From NCBI GenBank assembly GCA_035776735.1, contig DASSSO010000033.1:582-64581 (forward strand): a stretch of DNA of 64,000 bases, written 5' to 3'. The stretch comes from Gaiellaceae bacterium. Lineage in GTDB: Bacteria > Actinomycetota > Thermoleophilia > Gaiellales > Gaiellaceae. Shown here piece after piece: positions 8,522 through 19,283 of this stretch. How positions within the stretch are numbered: the first letter of the stretch is position 1; each line of letters opens with the position of its first letter. Both the position numbers and the translations under genes were made by a program. The notes beneath the pieces were generated by a model that did not search any database, had not been told where the DNA came from, and worked only from the letters and a program-made list of their open reading frames with translations.

Positions 8522-8689
8522 TCAGCCGGAGTCAGGACGCGGCTTGCGGCGGTCCTTGCCCGAGCGCCGGTCCTTGCCCGAGCGGCGCTCGCCTTCCTCG
8601 CGCCGCCGCGACTCCTTGCGCCGATCCTCGCCGCTCCGTCGGTCCTTTCCGGAGCGGCGGTCGCCTTCGTAGCGGCCCATGCCGCTCAT
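8522..8689 (-). CDS. unannotated 55-aa Arg/Asp/Gly-rich repeat protein (MSGMGRYEGDRRSGKDRRSGEDRRKESRRREEGERRSGKDRRSGKDRRKPRPDSG)
   Basis: Below the track's size cutoff. The first ATG lies 4 nt after the ileS TAG (TAGGAGAATG). A second ATG at 8680 sits 9 nt after GGAGA. Third-codon GC is high, and there are three DRRSGKD-type repeats from an 18-nt tandem unit. Confidence 0.35.
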   Translation of the reverse strand: MSGMGRYEGDRRSGKDRRSGEDRRKESRRREEGERRSGKDRRSGKDRRKPRPDSG

Positions 8690-8693
8690 TCTC

Positions 8694-11789
<3,096 letters not shown>

Positions 11790-11852
11790 CCCAGCCGGGC
11801 GGCGCGTTAGCCTGATCGGAACATTTCGTTGACCCGAAAGGACATTCAGTAG

Positions 11853-12188
11853 ATGGCAGACGCACAGGTTGTGACCGAGGAGACCTTCGACCAGGAGGTC
11901 CTCACCTCCGACACCCCGGTCCTCGTCGACTTCTGGGCCGAGTGGTGCCAGCCGTGCCACATGGTGGCGCCGGTGCTCGACAAGATCGCCGAGGAGCGGC
12001 AGGGCCAGCTGAAGCTCGTGAAGATCAACATCGACGAGCAGCCGGCGATCGCGCAGCGCTATGGGATCGCGTCGATCCCGACGATGGTGCTCTTCAAGGA
12101 CGGCGAGCCGGCCGCCGCCGCGCTCGGCGCCCAGCCCAAGGGCGCCCTGGAGCGCTCACTCGGCCTCTCCGAGAACGGAACCGGGTAG
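11853..12188 (+). CDS. trxA: thioredoxin (active site WCQPC rather than WCGPC)
   Basis: VLVDFWAEWCQPCHMVAP, and KINIDEQPAIAQRYGIASIPTMVLFKDGE. 111 aa. Confidence 0.9.
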   Translation: MADAQVVTEETFDQEVLTSDTPVLVDFWAEWCQPCHMVAPVLDKIAEERQGQLKLVKINIDEQPAIAQRYGIASIPTMVLFKDGEPAAAALGAQPKGALERSLGLSENGTG

Positions 12189-12985
12189 CCGGGTACCTCC
12201 TCATCAATCCGCGCTCGGGGGAGGACTCGCCGAGCGCGGACGAGCTTCGGGCCGCAGCTGCCGAGCGCGGCGTCGAGACGCACGTGCTCGGCGAGGGCGA
12301 CGACCTCGCCGAGCTCGCCCGCGGCGCGGACGCGGACACCCTCGGCATGGCCGGGGGCGACGGCTCGCTCGCCCCGGTCGCCGAGGTGGCGATCGAGCGC
12401 GGCCTGCCGTTCGTCTGCGTCCCGTTCGGGACGCGGAACCACTTCGCGCGCGACCTCGGCCTCGACCGTGACGACCCGATCGCCGCGCTCAGCGCCTTCG
12501 AGGGGAAGGAGCGGCGGATCGACGTCGGCCGCGTCCGCGGCGACCTGTTCCTCAACAACGTCAGCCTGGGCGCGTACGCGGCCCTGGTTCACCGCCGCGA
12601 GCACCACCGCCGCCGCGGCAACGCCTTCGCGCGTCTCCGCGCGCTCCTGCTGACCGTGAGAAACCGCGAGCCGCTGGGCCTGAGCGTGGACGGCGAGGCG
12701 GTCGAGGCGGACGTCGCGCTCGTCTCGAACAACGACTACACGCTGGAGCTCTTCTCGCTCGGCGAGCGCGACCGGCTCGACGAGGGGAAGCTGCACCTGT
12801 ATCTCGCGCGCGGTTGGCGCTTCTCGGAGTGGGAGGAGCGCGCGTGCACGTCCCTCACGATCGACACAGCACGCCACCGCATCGATGCGGCCGTCGACGG
12901 CGAGCCGGCCGAGTTCGAGACGCCGCTCGAGTTCACGAGCGAGCCGCGTGCGCTACGCGTGCTCGTCCCGGCTTCGCCAGGCTGA
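12185..12985 (+). CDS. diacylglycerol kinase catalytic-domain (YegS/LCB5-like) lipid kinase; start codon unresolved
   Basis: LLINPRSG N-terminal motif, GMAGGDGS, and CVPFGTRNHFARDLG. There is no ATG/GTG/TTG in frame near the conserved N-terminus. The annotated start is the GTA codon overlapping the trxA TAG. Confidence 0.7.
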   Translation, partial: VAGYLLINPRSGEDSPSADELRAAAAERGVETHVLGEGDDLAELARGADADTLGMAGGDGSLAPVAEVAIERGLPFVCVPFGTRNHFARDLGLDRDDPIAALSAFEGKERRIDVGRVRGDLFLNNVSLGAYAALVHRREHHRRRGNAFARLRALLLTVRNREPLGLSVDGEAVEADVALVSNNDYTLELFSLGERDRLDEGKLHLYLARGWRFSEWEERACTSLTIDTARHRIDAAVDGEPAEFETPLEFTSEPRALRVLVPASPG

Positions 12986-13471
12986 GATCACGTCGGGGAT
13001 GTGCGGGAACGCGATCTCGTCCCACGGGATCTCGTCGGGCGCGAGGAAGCAGAGCTCCTCGACGTCGTCGTCCGGCGTGGGCACTCCGTCAGCGATCCGC
13101 GCGCTCCAGTAGAGGTTGAGCGTCGAGACCTCGCGCGAGTGGACGCGATACGAGTCCATGAAGACGCCGACGAACTCGGTGCCGCGGAGCCCGATCCCGG
13201 CCTCCTCGCGCAGCTCCCGGTGGAGACAGTCCAGCGGATGCTCACCCTCCTCGACGAAGCCGCCCGGGAGGTCGATCTTCCCGGCCGCCGGATCCTTCGC
13301 GCGCCTGCTGAACATGATGCGCCCCTCGTCGTCCACCACCAGGGCCGACGCGGTCGCCTTGGGGTTCGCGTAGAAGACGAAGCCGCATTCGGGGCATTCG
13401 ACGCGGCCCTGCTCGTGGCGCAGGGCCGACGTGCAGGCCGGGCAGTGTTTCCAGGCGTCGAGCTCGCTCAC
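12953..13471 (-). CDS. NUDIX hydrolase with N-terminal zinc ribbon
   Basis: CPAC...CPECG zinc ribbon. Nudix box GGFVEEGEHPLDCLHRELREEAG. GTG start at 13471. It overlaps the convergent DAGK-family gene by 33 nt. Confidence 0.8.
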   Translation of the reverse strand: MSELDAWKHCPACTSALRHEQGRVECPECGFVFYANPKATASALVVDDEGRIMFSRRAKDPAAGKIDLPGGFVEEGEHPLDCLHRELREEAGIGLRGTEFVGVFMDSYRVHSREVSTLNLYWSARIADGVPTPDDDVEELCFLAPDEIPWDEIAFPHIPDVISAWRSRDEHA

Positions 13472-13490
13472 GGATCGCAACAATAGGGCC

Positions 13491-13625
13491 GTGCACGAGG
13501 ATCCAGCACCCACACCCGAGGAGCAGGAGCAGGTGCCCGAGCGGCTGCCCGAGGCGCAGGCGGCGGAAGGCGCCGGCCACGAGGACGACGAGCTCCCCGG
13601 CGACGAGGCGACCGCCGAGTCGTGA
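13491..13625 (+). CDS. possible 44-aa acidic/proline-rich peptide
   Basis: GTG start. Its TGA stop overlaps the GTG of the downstream cNMP-binding gene (GTGA). Third-codon GC is high. No homology recognised. Confidence 0.25.
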   Translation: MHEDPAPTPEEQEQVPERLPEAQAAEGAGHEDDELPGDEATAES

Positions 13626-13990
13626 GACACGTCCCGGCCTCCGTGACGGAGCTGTCGCGGATCGGCCTCCTGGCGGAGCTGCCGGGCGAGCAGCTCACGA
13701 AGCTCGCCCACAGGATGCGGCGGGAAGAGGTCGGCCCCGGGAAGCCGCTCCTCCGGGAGGGCGACGACGGTGACCGCTTCTACGTGATCCTGAACGGGCT
13801 CTTCTCGGTGACCCAGGAGCAGCGCGGGCTGCGCCGGATCCTCAAGCCGGGCGACTACTTCGGCGAGGTGGCGCTGACGATGGACCTCCCGCGGACCGCG
13901 TCCGTCTCGCCGATGACGCTCGCGACCGTCGCCAGTTGCGACCGCGAGACGTTCGACGAGTTCATCCGGCCGCTGTTCGCCGACGGCTAG
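13622..13990 (+). CDS. stand-alone cyclic-nucleotide-binding domain protein
   Basis: REGDDGDRFYVILNG...GDYFGEVAL...PRTASV is the canonical cNMP-binding beta-barrel and phosphate-binding cassette. 122 aa with no output domain. Confidence 0.7.
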   Translation: MRHVPASVTELSRIGLLAELPGEQLTKLAHRMRREEVGPGKPLLREGDDGDRFYVILNGLFSVTQEQRGLRRILKPGDYFGEVALTMDLPRTASVSPMTLATVASCDRETFDEFIRPLFADG

Positions 13991-14133
13991 GCCGCCGTCT
14001 CCTTCACGCCCACCGGCCGCGACCAGGGCTTGACCTACGCCTGGCGGCGATCGTGTGACTTGCAACGGGTATCCCTCCTTCGAGGGAGCGGTAGGCTGCA
14101 GGAAACGGCCGACCTCAGCCGTAAGGTCACGTT

Positions 14134-15483
14134 TTGCCGCAGGCCGCAACCCGAGTCCCCGTCTACCGAGGCAGATTCGGCCCGGAGCAGGCCGAGCGCC
14201 TGCTCTGGCGTGCCGGTTTCGGGCCGCGCGGCCGCGAGGCCGAGGCGCTCGCACGGAAGGGGCTCGACGACGCGGTCCGTTGGCTGACGAGGCCGGGGCG
14301 CCAGCGCTTCCGCGGGCCCAAGCCGAGGGACGAGAAGGGCCGGCCGCTCGCGCCGCGGGACGCCTGGGGCCACGACCACCTCTGGTGGCTCGACCGGATG
14401 GTGCGCGGCAACCGGCCGCTGATGGAGCGGATGACGCTCGTCTGGCACGACTGGTTCGCGACCTCGAACGAGGGCGTCGGGTCGCAGAACCTGATGATCC
14501 GCCAGAACGCGCTCTTCCGCCGCTACTGGCTCGGGTCGTTCAAGGAGCTGACGACGGCCGTCACCCGCGACCCGGCCATGCTGCTCTGGCTCTCGGGGAC
14601 CGACAACACGAAGTGGTCGCCGAACGAGAACTACGCGCGCGAGCTGATGGAGCTCTTCACGCTCGGCGCCGGCCGGGGCTACACCGAGCGCGACGTCCGG
14701 GAGCAGGCCCGGGCGCTGACCGGTTGGCGCAACGACTGGCGCGAAGGCGTCGGTCCGACCCGCTTCCGGTTCGACCGCGAGCGGCACGACGTCGGCACGA
14801 AGCGCGTCTTCGGCCGCCGTGGGCGCTTCGACTGGCGGGACGCTGTCGAGCTCTGCGTCAGGCACCCGCGCCACCCGTCGTTCTTCGTGACGAAGCTCTG
14901 GGGCTACTTCATCCCGACCGCGCCCTCCCGCGGCACGCAGCGCGCGCTCGAGCGGCTCTACGTGCGGAACCGGTACGCGGTCCGCCCGGTGGTCGCCGCG
15001 ATCCTCAAGCACCCGCAGCTCTACAACGGGCCGCGGATGGTGAAGCCGCCCGTCGTCTACACGGCCGGCCTCCTCCGTGCCGCGCGCGAGCCGATCGAGA
15101 CCGAGTCGTGGACGTGGCTCTGCGCGAACGCGGGCCAGCAGCTCTTCTACCCGCCGAACGTCTCCGGCTGGAACGACGACCGGTGGCTCGACACCGCGAC
15201 CTACCTCGCCCGCTGGGAGCTCGCCGGCCGGATCACGCGATCCGCCCAACTCGACCCGGGCAAGGTGCAGGCGCCGTTCGACGCCGACAAGCTCCTCGAT
15301 CGCGCGCTCGCCTTCTGGGGCGACCCGCCGCTCTCGCGCGGCACACGGCGCGTTCTGCGCGGCTACACCCGCCGGGCGCTCGCGACGGCGAACTCGAGCT
15401 GGAAGCGCAAGAGCTACCCCGCGCTGATCGAGAACTCGCTGCGCCACCTGATCGCCGTCTCCCCCGACCTTCAGACGAGCTGA
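14134..15483 (+). CDS. DUF1800 family protein
   Basis: LLWRAGFG, ERMTLVWHDWFATS, NENYARELMELFTLG and GYTERDVRE..RALTGW are hallmark DUF1800 blocks. TTG start. Confidence 0.85.
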   Translation: MPQAATRVPVYRGRFGPEQAERLLWRAGFGPRGREAEALARKGLDDAVRWLTRPGRQRFRGPKPRDEKGRPLAPRDAWGHDHLWWLDRMVRGNRPLMERMTLVWHDWFATSNEGVGSQNLMIRQNALFRRYWLGSFKELTTAVTRDPAMLLWLSGTDNTKWSPNENYARELMELFTLGAGRGYTERDVREQARALTGWRNDWREGVGPTRFRFDRERHDVGTKRVFGRRGRFDWRDAVELCVRHPRHPSFFVTKLWGYFIPTAPSRGTQRALERLYVRNRYAVRPVVAAILKHPQLYNGPRMVKPPVVYTAGLLRAAREPIETESWTWLCANAGQQLFYPPNVSGWNDDRWLDTATYLARWELAGRITRSAQLDPGKVQAPFDADKLLDRALAFWGDPPLSRGTRRVLRGYTRRALATANSSWKRKSYPALIENSLRHLIAVSPDLQTS

Positions 15484-15487
15484 CCCG

Positions 15488-16858
15488 ATGGCGCGCTGCT
15501 GCGACGAGTTCTCGCGGTCCTCGCTCCTCCGGCGCGCCGTCGCCGAGGCGGGCTCGGGCCTGCCGGCGGTCGAGCCCGGGATGCCGATCCCGGCGGGAAC
15601 CGGCCTCGACCGGCGCGAGCTCCTGCTCCGGTCTGCAGGACTGGCCCTCGCCGTCTACGGCGCCGGGTCGCTCTCGCTGCCGGGGTTCGAGGACGGGATC
15701 CTCGAGGCCGCTCACGCCGCGCCCGCGCAGCCGGTGCTCGTCAGCGTCTTCCTCGACGGCGGCGTGGACTCGCTCTCGATGCTCGCGCCGGTCGCCGACC
15801 CCGACTACCGGCGGCTCCGTCCGCGCCTCGCCATGCCCGACTCCGCGCTCGTGTTCAGCGAGGACGCGCGGCTGCGCTGGCATCCCGAGGCGGCGGCGTT
15901 CCGGACGCTCCACCTCGAGGGCAAGCTGACCGTGTTGCCGACCGTCGGCTACACGAACGCCGACCAGTCGCACTTCACCTCCCGTCACTACTGGGAGGTC
16001 GGGGCGACGAATCCCGGGCTCCGCACGGGCTGGCTGGGGCGGTATCTCGACCGGGCCGGGAGCGCGAGCAACCCGCTCCAGGGGCTGAGCCTGGACGGCG
16101 AGCTGGCGCCGCCGCTCGCGACCCGGAAGGCGCCGGTGGCCGCGCTCCGCGGCGCCGGCAACTACCGCTTCTGGTCGCCCGGAGTCTGGGGCGAGGTCGA
16201 GCGGGAGATGCTGAAGACGCTCGGGCCGCTCGGCGGCGCCGCCGGCCGGCGCGGCAAGGCGCTCGCCTCGGTCGCCGGGATCGCCAAGCAGGCACAGACG
16301 CTCCGGCAGCAGCTCGCCCCCTTCGGCGGCAAGATCGCGAGCCCCGTTCCCTACCCCACACACCGGAGCAGCTTCCCGCAGCGGCTGGCCGGCCTGGCCG
16401 CGATGCTCGGTGCGGGGCTGCCGCTCCGCTGCGTCGCGCTCCGCGCGTACGGGATGTACGACACCCACGACGACCAGGCCGAGCCGCTCGCGCAGGGGCT
16501 CAAGCTGACGGGCGAGAGCCTGCTCGCATTCCAGCGGGACCTGGAGGCGCGGGGTCTCGCCGACCGCGTTCTGACGCTCGTCTGGTCGGAGTTCGGCCGC
16601 CGCGGCCAGGAGAACGGCTCACGCGGGACCGACCACGGCGCGGCCGGCATCGGGATGGTGATGGGCGCACGGGCTCGCGGGCAGATGATCGGAGAGCTGC
16701 CGCCGCTGCGAAGCGCGCTCGACCGGCAGGGGAACCTGAAGGCGACGGTCGACTTCCGCAGCGTGTATTCGTCCCTGCTCGAGCAGTGGTTCGACTTCGA
16801 CGGCGCCGGCGCGATCCCGAATGCACGGGCCTTCGGTCGGCTCCAGCTCGTCAAGTGA
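15488..16858 (+). CDS. DUF1501 family protein (sulfatase-like fold, Tat-type leader)
   Basis: RRELLLRSAGLALAVYGAG Tat-like leader. DSL, GYTNADQSHF and SEFGRR..ENGSRGTDHG blocks of DUF1501. It is the typical partner of DUF1800. Confidence 0.85.
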   Translation: MARCCDEFSRSSLLRRAVAEAGSGLPAVEPGMPIPAGTGLDRRELLLRSAGLALAVYGAGSLSLPGFEDGILEAAHAAPAQPVLVSVFLDGGVDSLSMLAPVADPDYRRLRPRLAMPDSALVFSEDARLRWHPEAAAFRTLHLEGKLTVLPTVGYTNADQSHFTSRHYWEVGATNPGLRTGWLGRYLDRAGSASNPLQGLSLDGELAPPLATRKAPVAALRGAGNYRFWSPGVWGEVEREMLKTLGPLGGAAGRRGKALASVAGIAKQAQTLRQQLAPFGGKIASPVPYPTHRSSFPQRLAGLAAMLGAGLPLRCVALRAYGMYDTHDDQAEPLAQGLKLTGESLLAFQRDLEARGLADRVLTLVWSEFGRRGQENGSRGTDHGAAGIGMVMGARARGQMIGELPPLRSALDRQGNLKATVDFRSVYSSLLEQWFDFDGAGAIPNARAFGRLQLVK

Positions 16859-17217
16859 GACGTCTCGCGCTCCTCGCGCTGACGGCCCTGGCGATCCCCG
16901 CCGCCGCACACCCCGTGCTCGACGCGCGCGCGCCTGCCCGCGTCCAGGTGACGGCGCTCGAGTTCGAGTACCGGCTCTCGCGCCTGACCGTGCGGCAGGG
17001 GGCGGCGCTGATCGAGCTCGTCAACTACGGTGAGGACGAGCACGACCTCTTCGTCCGCCGCATCGGCGGGACGAAGACCTGGCGCGTCAGGACGATCCTC
17101 CCGGGCGAGCGCGCGACGCTCTCGATCCGGCTCCGCCCCGGCCGCTACCGCCTCTGGTGCGCGGTCGCCGACCACCGCTCGCGCGGCATGCGCGCGACGC
17201 TCCGCGTCAGGCGCTGA
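16855..17217 (+). CDS. small secreted cupredoxin-like protein
   Basis: The GTG overlaps the DUF1501 TGA (GTGA). Signal peptide LALLALTALAIPAAA. A beta-rich domain ends in YRLWCAVADHRSRGM, a Cys/His/Met-type pattern. Copper binding is inferred only. Confidence 0.5.
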   Translation: MRRLALLALTALAIPAAAHPVLDARAPARVQVTALEFEYRLSRLTVRQGAALIELVNYGEDEHDLFVRRIGGTKTWRVRTILPGERATLSIRLRPGRYRLWCAVADHRSRGMRATLRVRR

Positions 17218-17222
17218 AAGGG

Positions 17223-17250
17223 CGGACGGCGGGGCTGAGCCCGCCGTCCG
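17223..17250. terminator. 11-bp GC hairpin between convergent genes (possible bidirectional terminator)
   Basis: cggacggcggg-gctgag-cccgccgtccg. There is no clear U-tract. Confidence 0.45.
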
Positions 17251-17260
17251 AGTCAAGTCG

Positions 17261-17701
17261 TCAGTACGCGCGAGCCGACGTGGTCTCGTCGCGATCCCAG
17301 TTCGCCAGAGCCCAGATGATCGCGATGTCGAGCGCGATGATCAGCACGGCCCAGACCGGGTAGTACGGAATGAAGAAGAAGTTCGCGATCGCACTGATGA
17401 CCGCGAGCGTCATCCCGACGACCCTGGCCCAGGTGGCACCCGTGAGGATGCCCCACCCGGCGAAGAACACGACGACGCCGAGCACGAGCTGGATCCAGCC
17501 CCACGCGGTCACGTCGACGTCGAAGACGTAGTTCGACGTCACGACGAAGAACTCGTCCTCGAAGAGCGCGGCGATACCTGCGATCCCGTGGAAGAAGCCC
17601 ACGATCATCATCACCACTGCAGCGAAGGCCCCGAGGCCCGTCACCCAGCCGCTCTCGGCGCGCGTCGCGTGCGCGGTCCGGTGCTCACTCATGGTCGCCA
17701 T
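17261..17701 (-). CDS. conserved 4-TM membrane protein (function unknown)
   Basis: ATG 17701 is preceded by GGAAGGAGGTGA. Hydrophobic segments WVTGLGAFAAVVMMIVGFFHGIAGIAALF, WIQLVLGVVVFFAGWGIL, VVGMTLAVISAIANFFFI and VWAVLIIALDIAIIWAL. Confidence 0.7.
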   Translation of the reverse strand: MATMSEHRTAHATRAESGWVTGLGAFAAVVMMIVGFFHGIAGIAALFEDEFFVVTSNYVFDVDVTAWGWIQLVLGVVVFFAGWGILTGATWARVVGMTLAVISAIANFFFIPYYPVWAVLIIALDIAIIWALANWDRDETTSARAY

Positions 17702-18022
17702 CCCTGTCACCTCCTTCCTCCCCGAGTGTCGAACAGGGGCCTCGACGACGCATCGGTGTTTCCCCGGACCAGGATGCGGCCTGGTACCGATGCACCGCGA
17801 TCGCACTCCCGGGCGGCTAGCTCAGCGGTTCAGGAGCGGCGGGCGGTGGCGCCAGAAGCGCCGCGCGACCAGCGTGGCGGCGAGCACGACCAGGCCGAAC
17901 TCGCGGATCTTCCCCCACGCCCTGCGGGGCAGCGACTCGTGGCGTCGAAAACGGATGTGACGAATGGCGTTCATCTCGACGATCGTCCCCGACGCGGCTA
18001 CGGACGCCATCGGGGATCCCGC

Positions 18023-18934
18023 TCAATCGGCCTGCGAGGAACTACGGAGGCGCGCCGGCCCCGCCTCCAGCTCGGCGACGATGTCGTCCGAGAGCCTCGG
18101 CCAGGCCTCGAGGGCCCAGTCGCCGAACTCGAGGTCGGTGAGACACGCGACCGCGAGCTCACGCTCGGGGTCGACCCAAAGGAAGGTGCCGCTGCCTCCG
18201 AAATGCCCGAACGTCCGGGTCGACTGCCGCTCGCCGGTCCAGTGCCCCGGTTTTCGGTCCCGCAGCTCGAAGCCGAGCCCCCAGTCGTTCGGGTCGAAGC
18301 GGCCGACGCCCGGGATCACGCCCCCGAGCCCTGGGAACTGGACGGAGGTGGCCTCGCCGAGCGTCTCCGGCGCGACGACCATCGGATCGAGCAGCTCGCG
18401 CCCGAGCCGGAGTGCCTCGTCCAGCGTCCCGTGCACGCCCGACCCCGCGGAGCCCTCGAGCCGTGCCTGCAGGCCGAGCGGCTCGAACACCGCCTCGCGG
18501 AGGTAGTCGCCGAACGCGATCTCGGCCCTCGCCTCGACGAATTCGGCGAGGACGTCGAAGCCCGAGTTCGAGTAGATCCGGCGCGTCTGGGGCCGCGCGA
18601 TCGGCTCGCGACCCTCGAAGGGGAGCCCCGAGGCGTGCGCGAGCAGGTGGCGGACGGTCGAGCCGGGCGGGCCGGCCGGCTCGTCGAGGTCGACCGTTCC
18701 CTCCTCCGCGGCGACGAGGATCGCGAGCGCGGTCACGAGCTTCGTGACCGACGCCCAGCGGAACTCGCGGCCGGTCGGGCCGTGGGTCGCGAGGACTCGT
18801 CCTTCCAGGACGACGCCGGCGGCGGCGTTGTCGGCCTGCCACTCGTCCACCTGGCGCAGGGCATCCACGGCGGCGGATACTAGGCGCGTGCCCCACCGCC
18901 GCATCCCTGGCCACTCGCCGTTCGAGGCCGTCAT
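18023..18934 (-). CDS. serine hydrolase / beta-lactamase-family protein
   Basis: S-x-x-K motif ASVTKL. HLLAHASGL. The start could instead be 18904 or GTG 18868, which would remove the overlap with the divergent RidA gene. Confidence 0.8.
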   Translation of the reverse strand: MTASNGEWPGMRRWGTRLVSAAVDALRQVDEWQADNAAAGVVLEGRVLATHGPTGREFRWASVTKLVTALAILVAAEEGTVDLDEPAGPPGSTVRHLLAHASGLPFEGREPIARPQTRRIYSNSGFDVLAEFVEARAEIAFGDYLREAVFEPLGLQARLEGSAGSGVHGTLDEALRLGRELLDPMVVAPETLGEATSVQFPGLGGVIPGVGRFDPNDWGLGFELRDRKPGHWTGERQSTRTFGHFGGSGTFLWVDPERELAVACLTDLEFGDWALEAWPRLSDDIVAELEAGPARLRSSSQAD

Positions 18935-19283
18935 GGGGTACGCACGCGCGGTCGTGGCGGGAGACCACGTGTACGTCGCCGGGACGGCTCCGATCCCGCC
19001 GGACGGCGCCGACCCGCCCCAGGGCGCCTACGAGCAGACGCGGCTCTGTCTCGAGATCATCTCCGGGGCGCTGGAGCGGGCCGGCTCGAGCCTGCAGGAC
19101 GTCGTCCGCACGTGCGTCTACCTCGTCGACCCCGCCGCCTTCGACGAGATGGCGCGGGCGCACGGCGAGGTGTTCGCCGAGATCCGTCCCGTGAACACGA
19201 CGGTGACGATCGCCGGCCTCGTCGACCCGCGCTGGCTCTTGGAGATCGATGCGGTCGCCGTGCTGCAGACTGAGGCACCGTGA
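18888..19283 (+). CDS. RidA/YjgF-family protein
   Basis: SPFEAVMGYARAVVAGDHVYVAGT, and TCVYLVD...F..M..A....F....P..T. The GTG 18888 start restores the family N-terminus. ATG 18933 is the alternative. Confidence 0.7.
   Translation: MPHRRIPGHSPFEAVMGYARAVVAGDHVYVAGTAPIPPDGADPPQGAYEQTRLCLEIISGALERAGSSLQDVVRTCVYLVDPAAFDEMARAHGEVFAEIRPVNTTVTIAGLVDPRWLLEIDAVAVLQTEAP

Noticed and set aside
8549-8583. An 18-nt tandem repeat (cggtccttgcccgagcg x2, with a third diverged copy near 8639), considered as a micro-CRISPR or VNTR.
   Set aside because: There are only two adjacent copies with no spacers. They lie in frame within the Arg-rich micro-ORF and encode its DRRSGKD repeats. This is coding-repeat structure, not a CRISPR array.
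12171-12190. Programmed -1 frameshift fusing thioredoxin to the DAGK-family protein.
   Set aside because: The frames are related by -1, but there is no X XXY YYZ slippery heptamer or obvious downstream stimulatory structure. The recurrence of the same GTAGCC junction at mgtC/rdgB points to a start/stop coupling explanation instead. I kept it only as a remote alternative.
17822-18010. A 62-aa ORF (MASVAASGTIVEMNAIRHIRFRRHESLPRRAWGKIREFGLVVLAATLVARRFWRHRPPLLNR) in the 320-nt gap downstream of the serine hydrolase.
   Set aside because: It has one plausible TM segment, but no recognisable ribosome-binding site or homology, and its composition is Arg-rich like the shadow ORFs. Support is insufficient to call it. 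A 44-nt nested hairpin at 17750-17793 in the same gap is noted but not interpreted.
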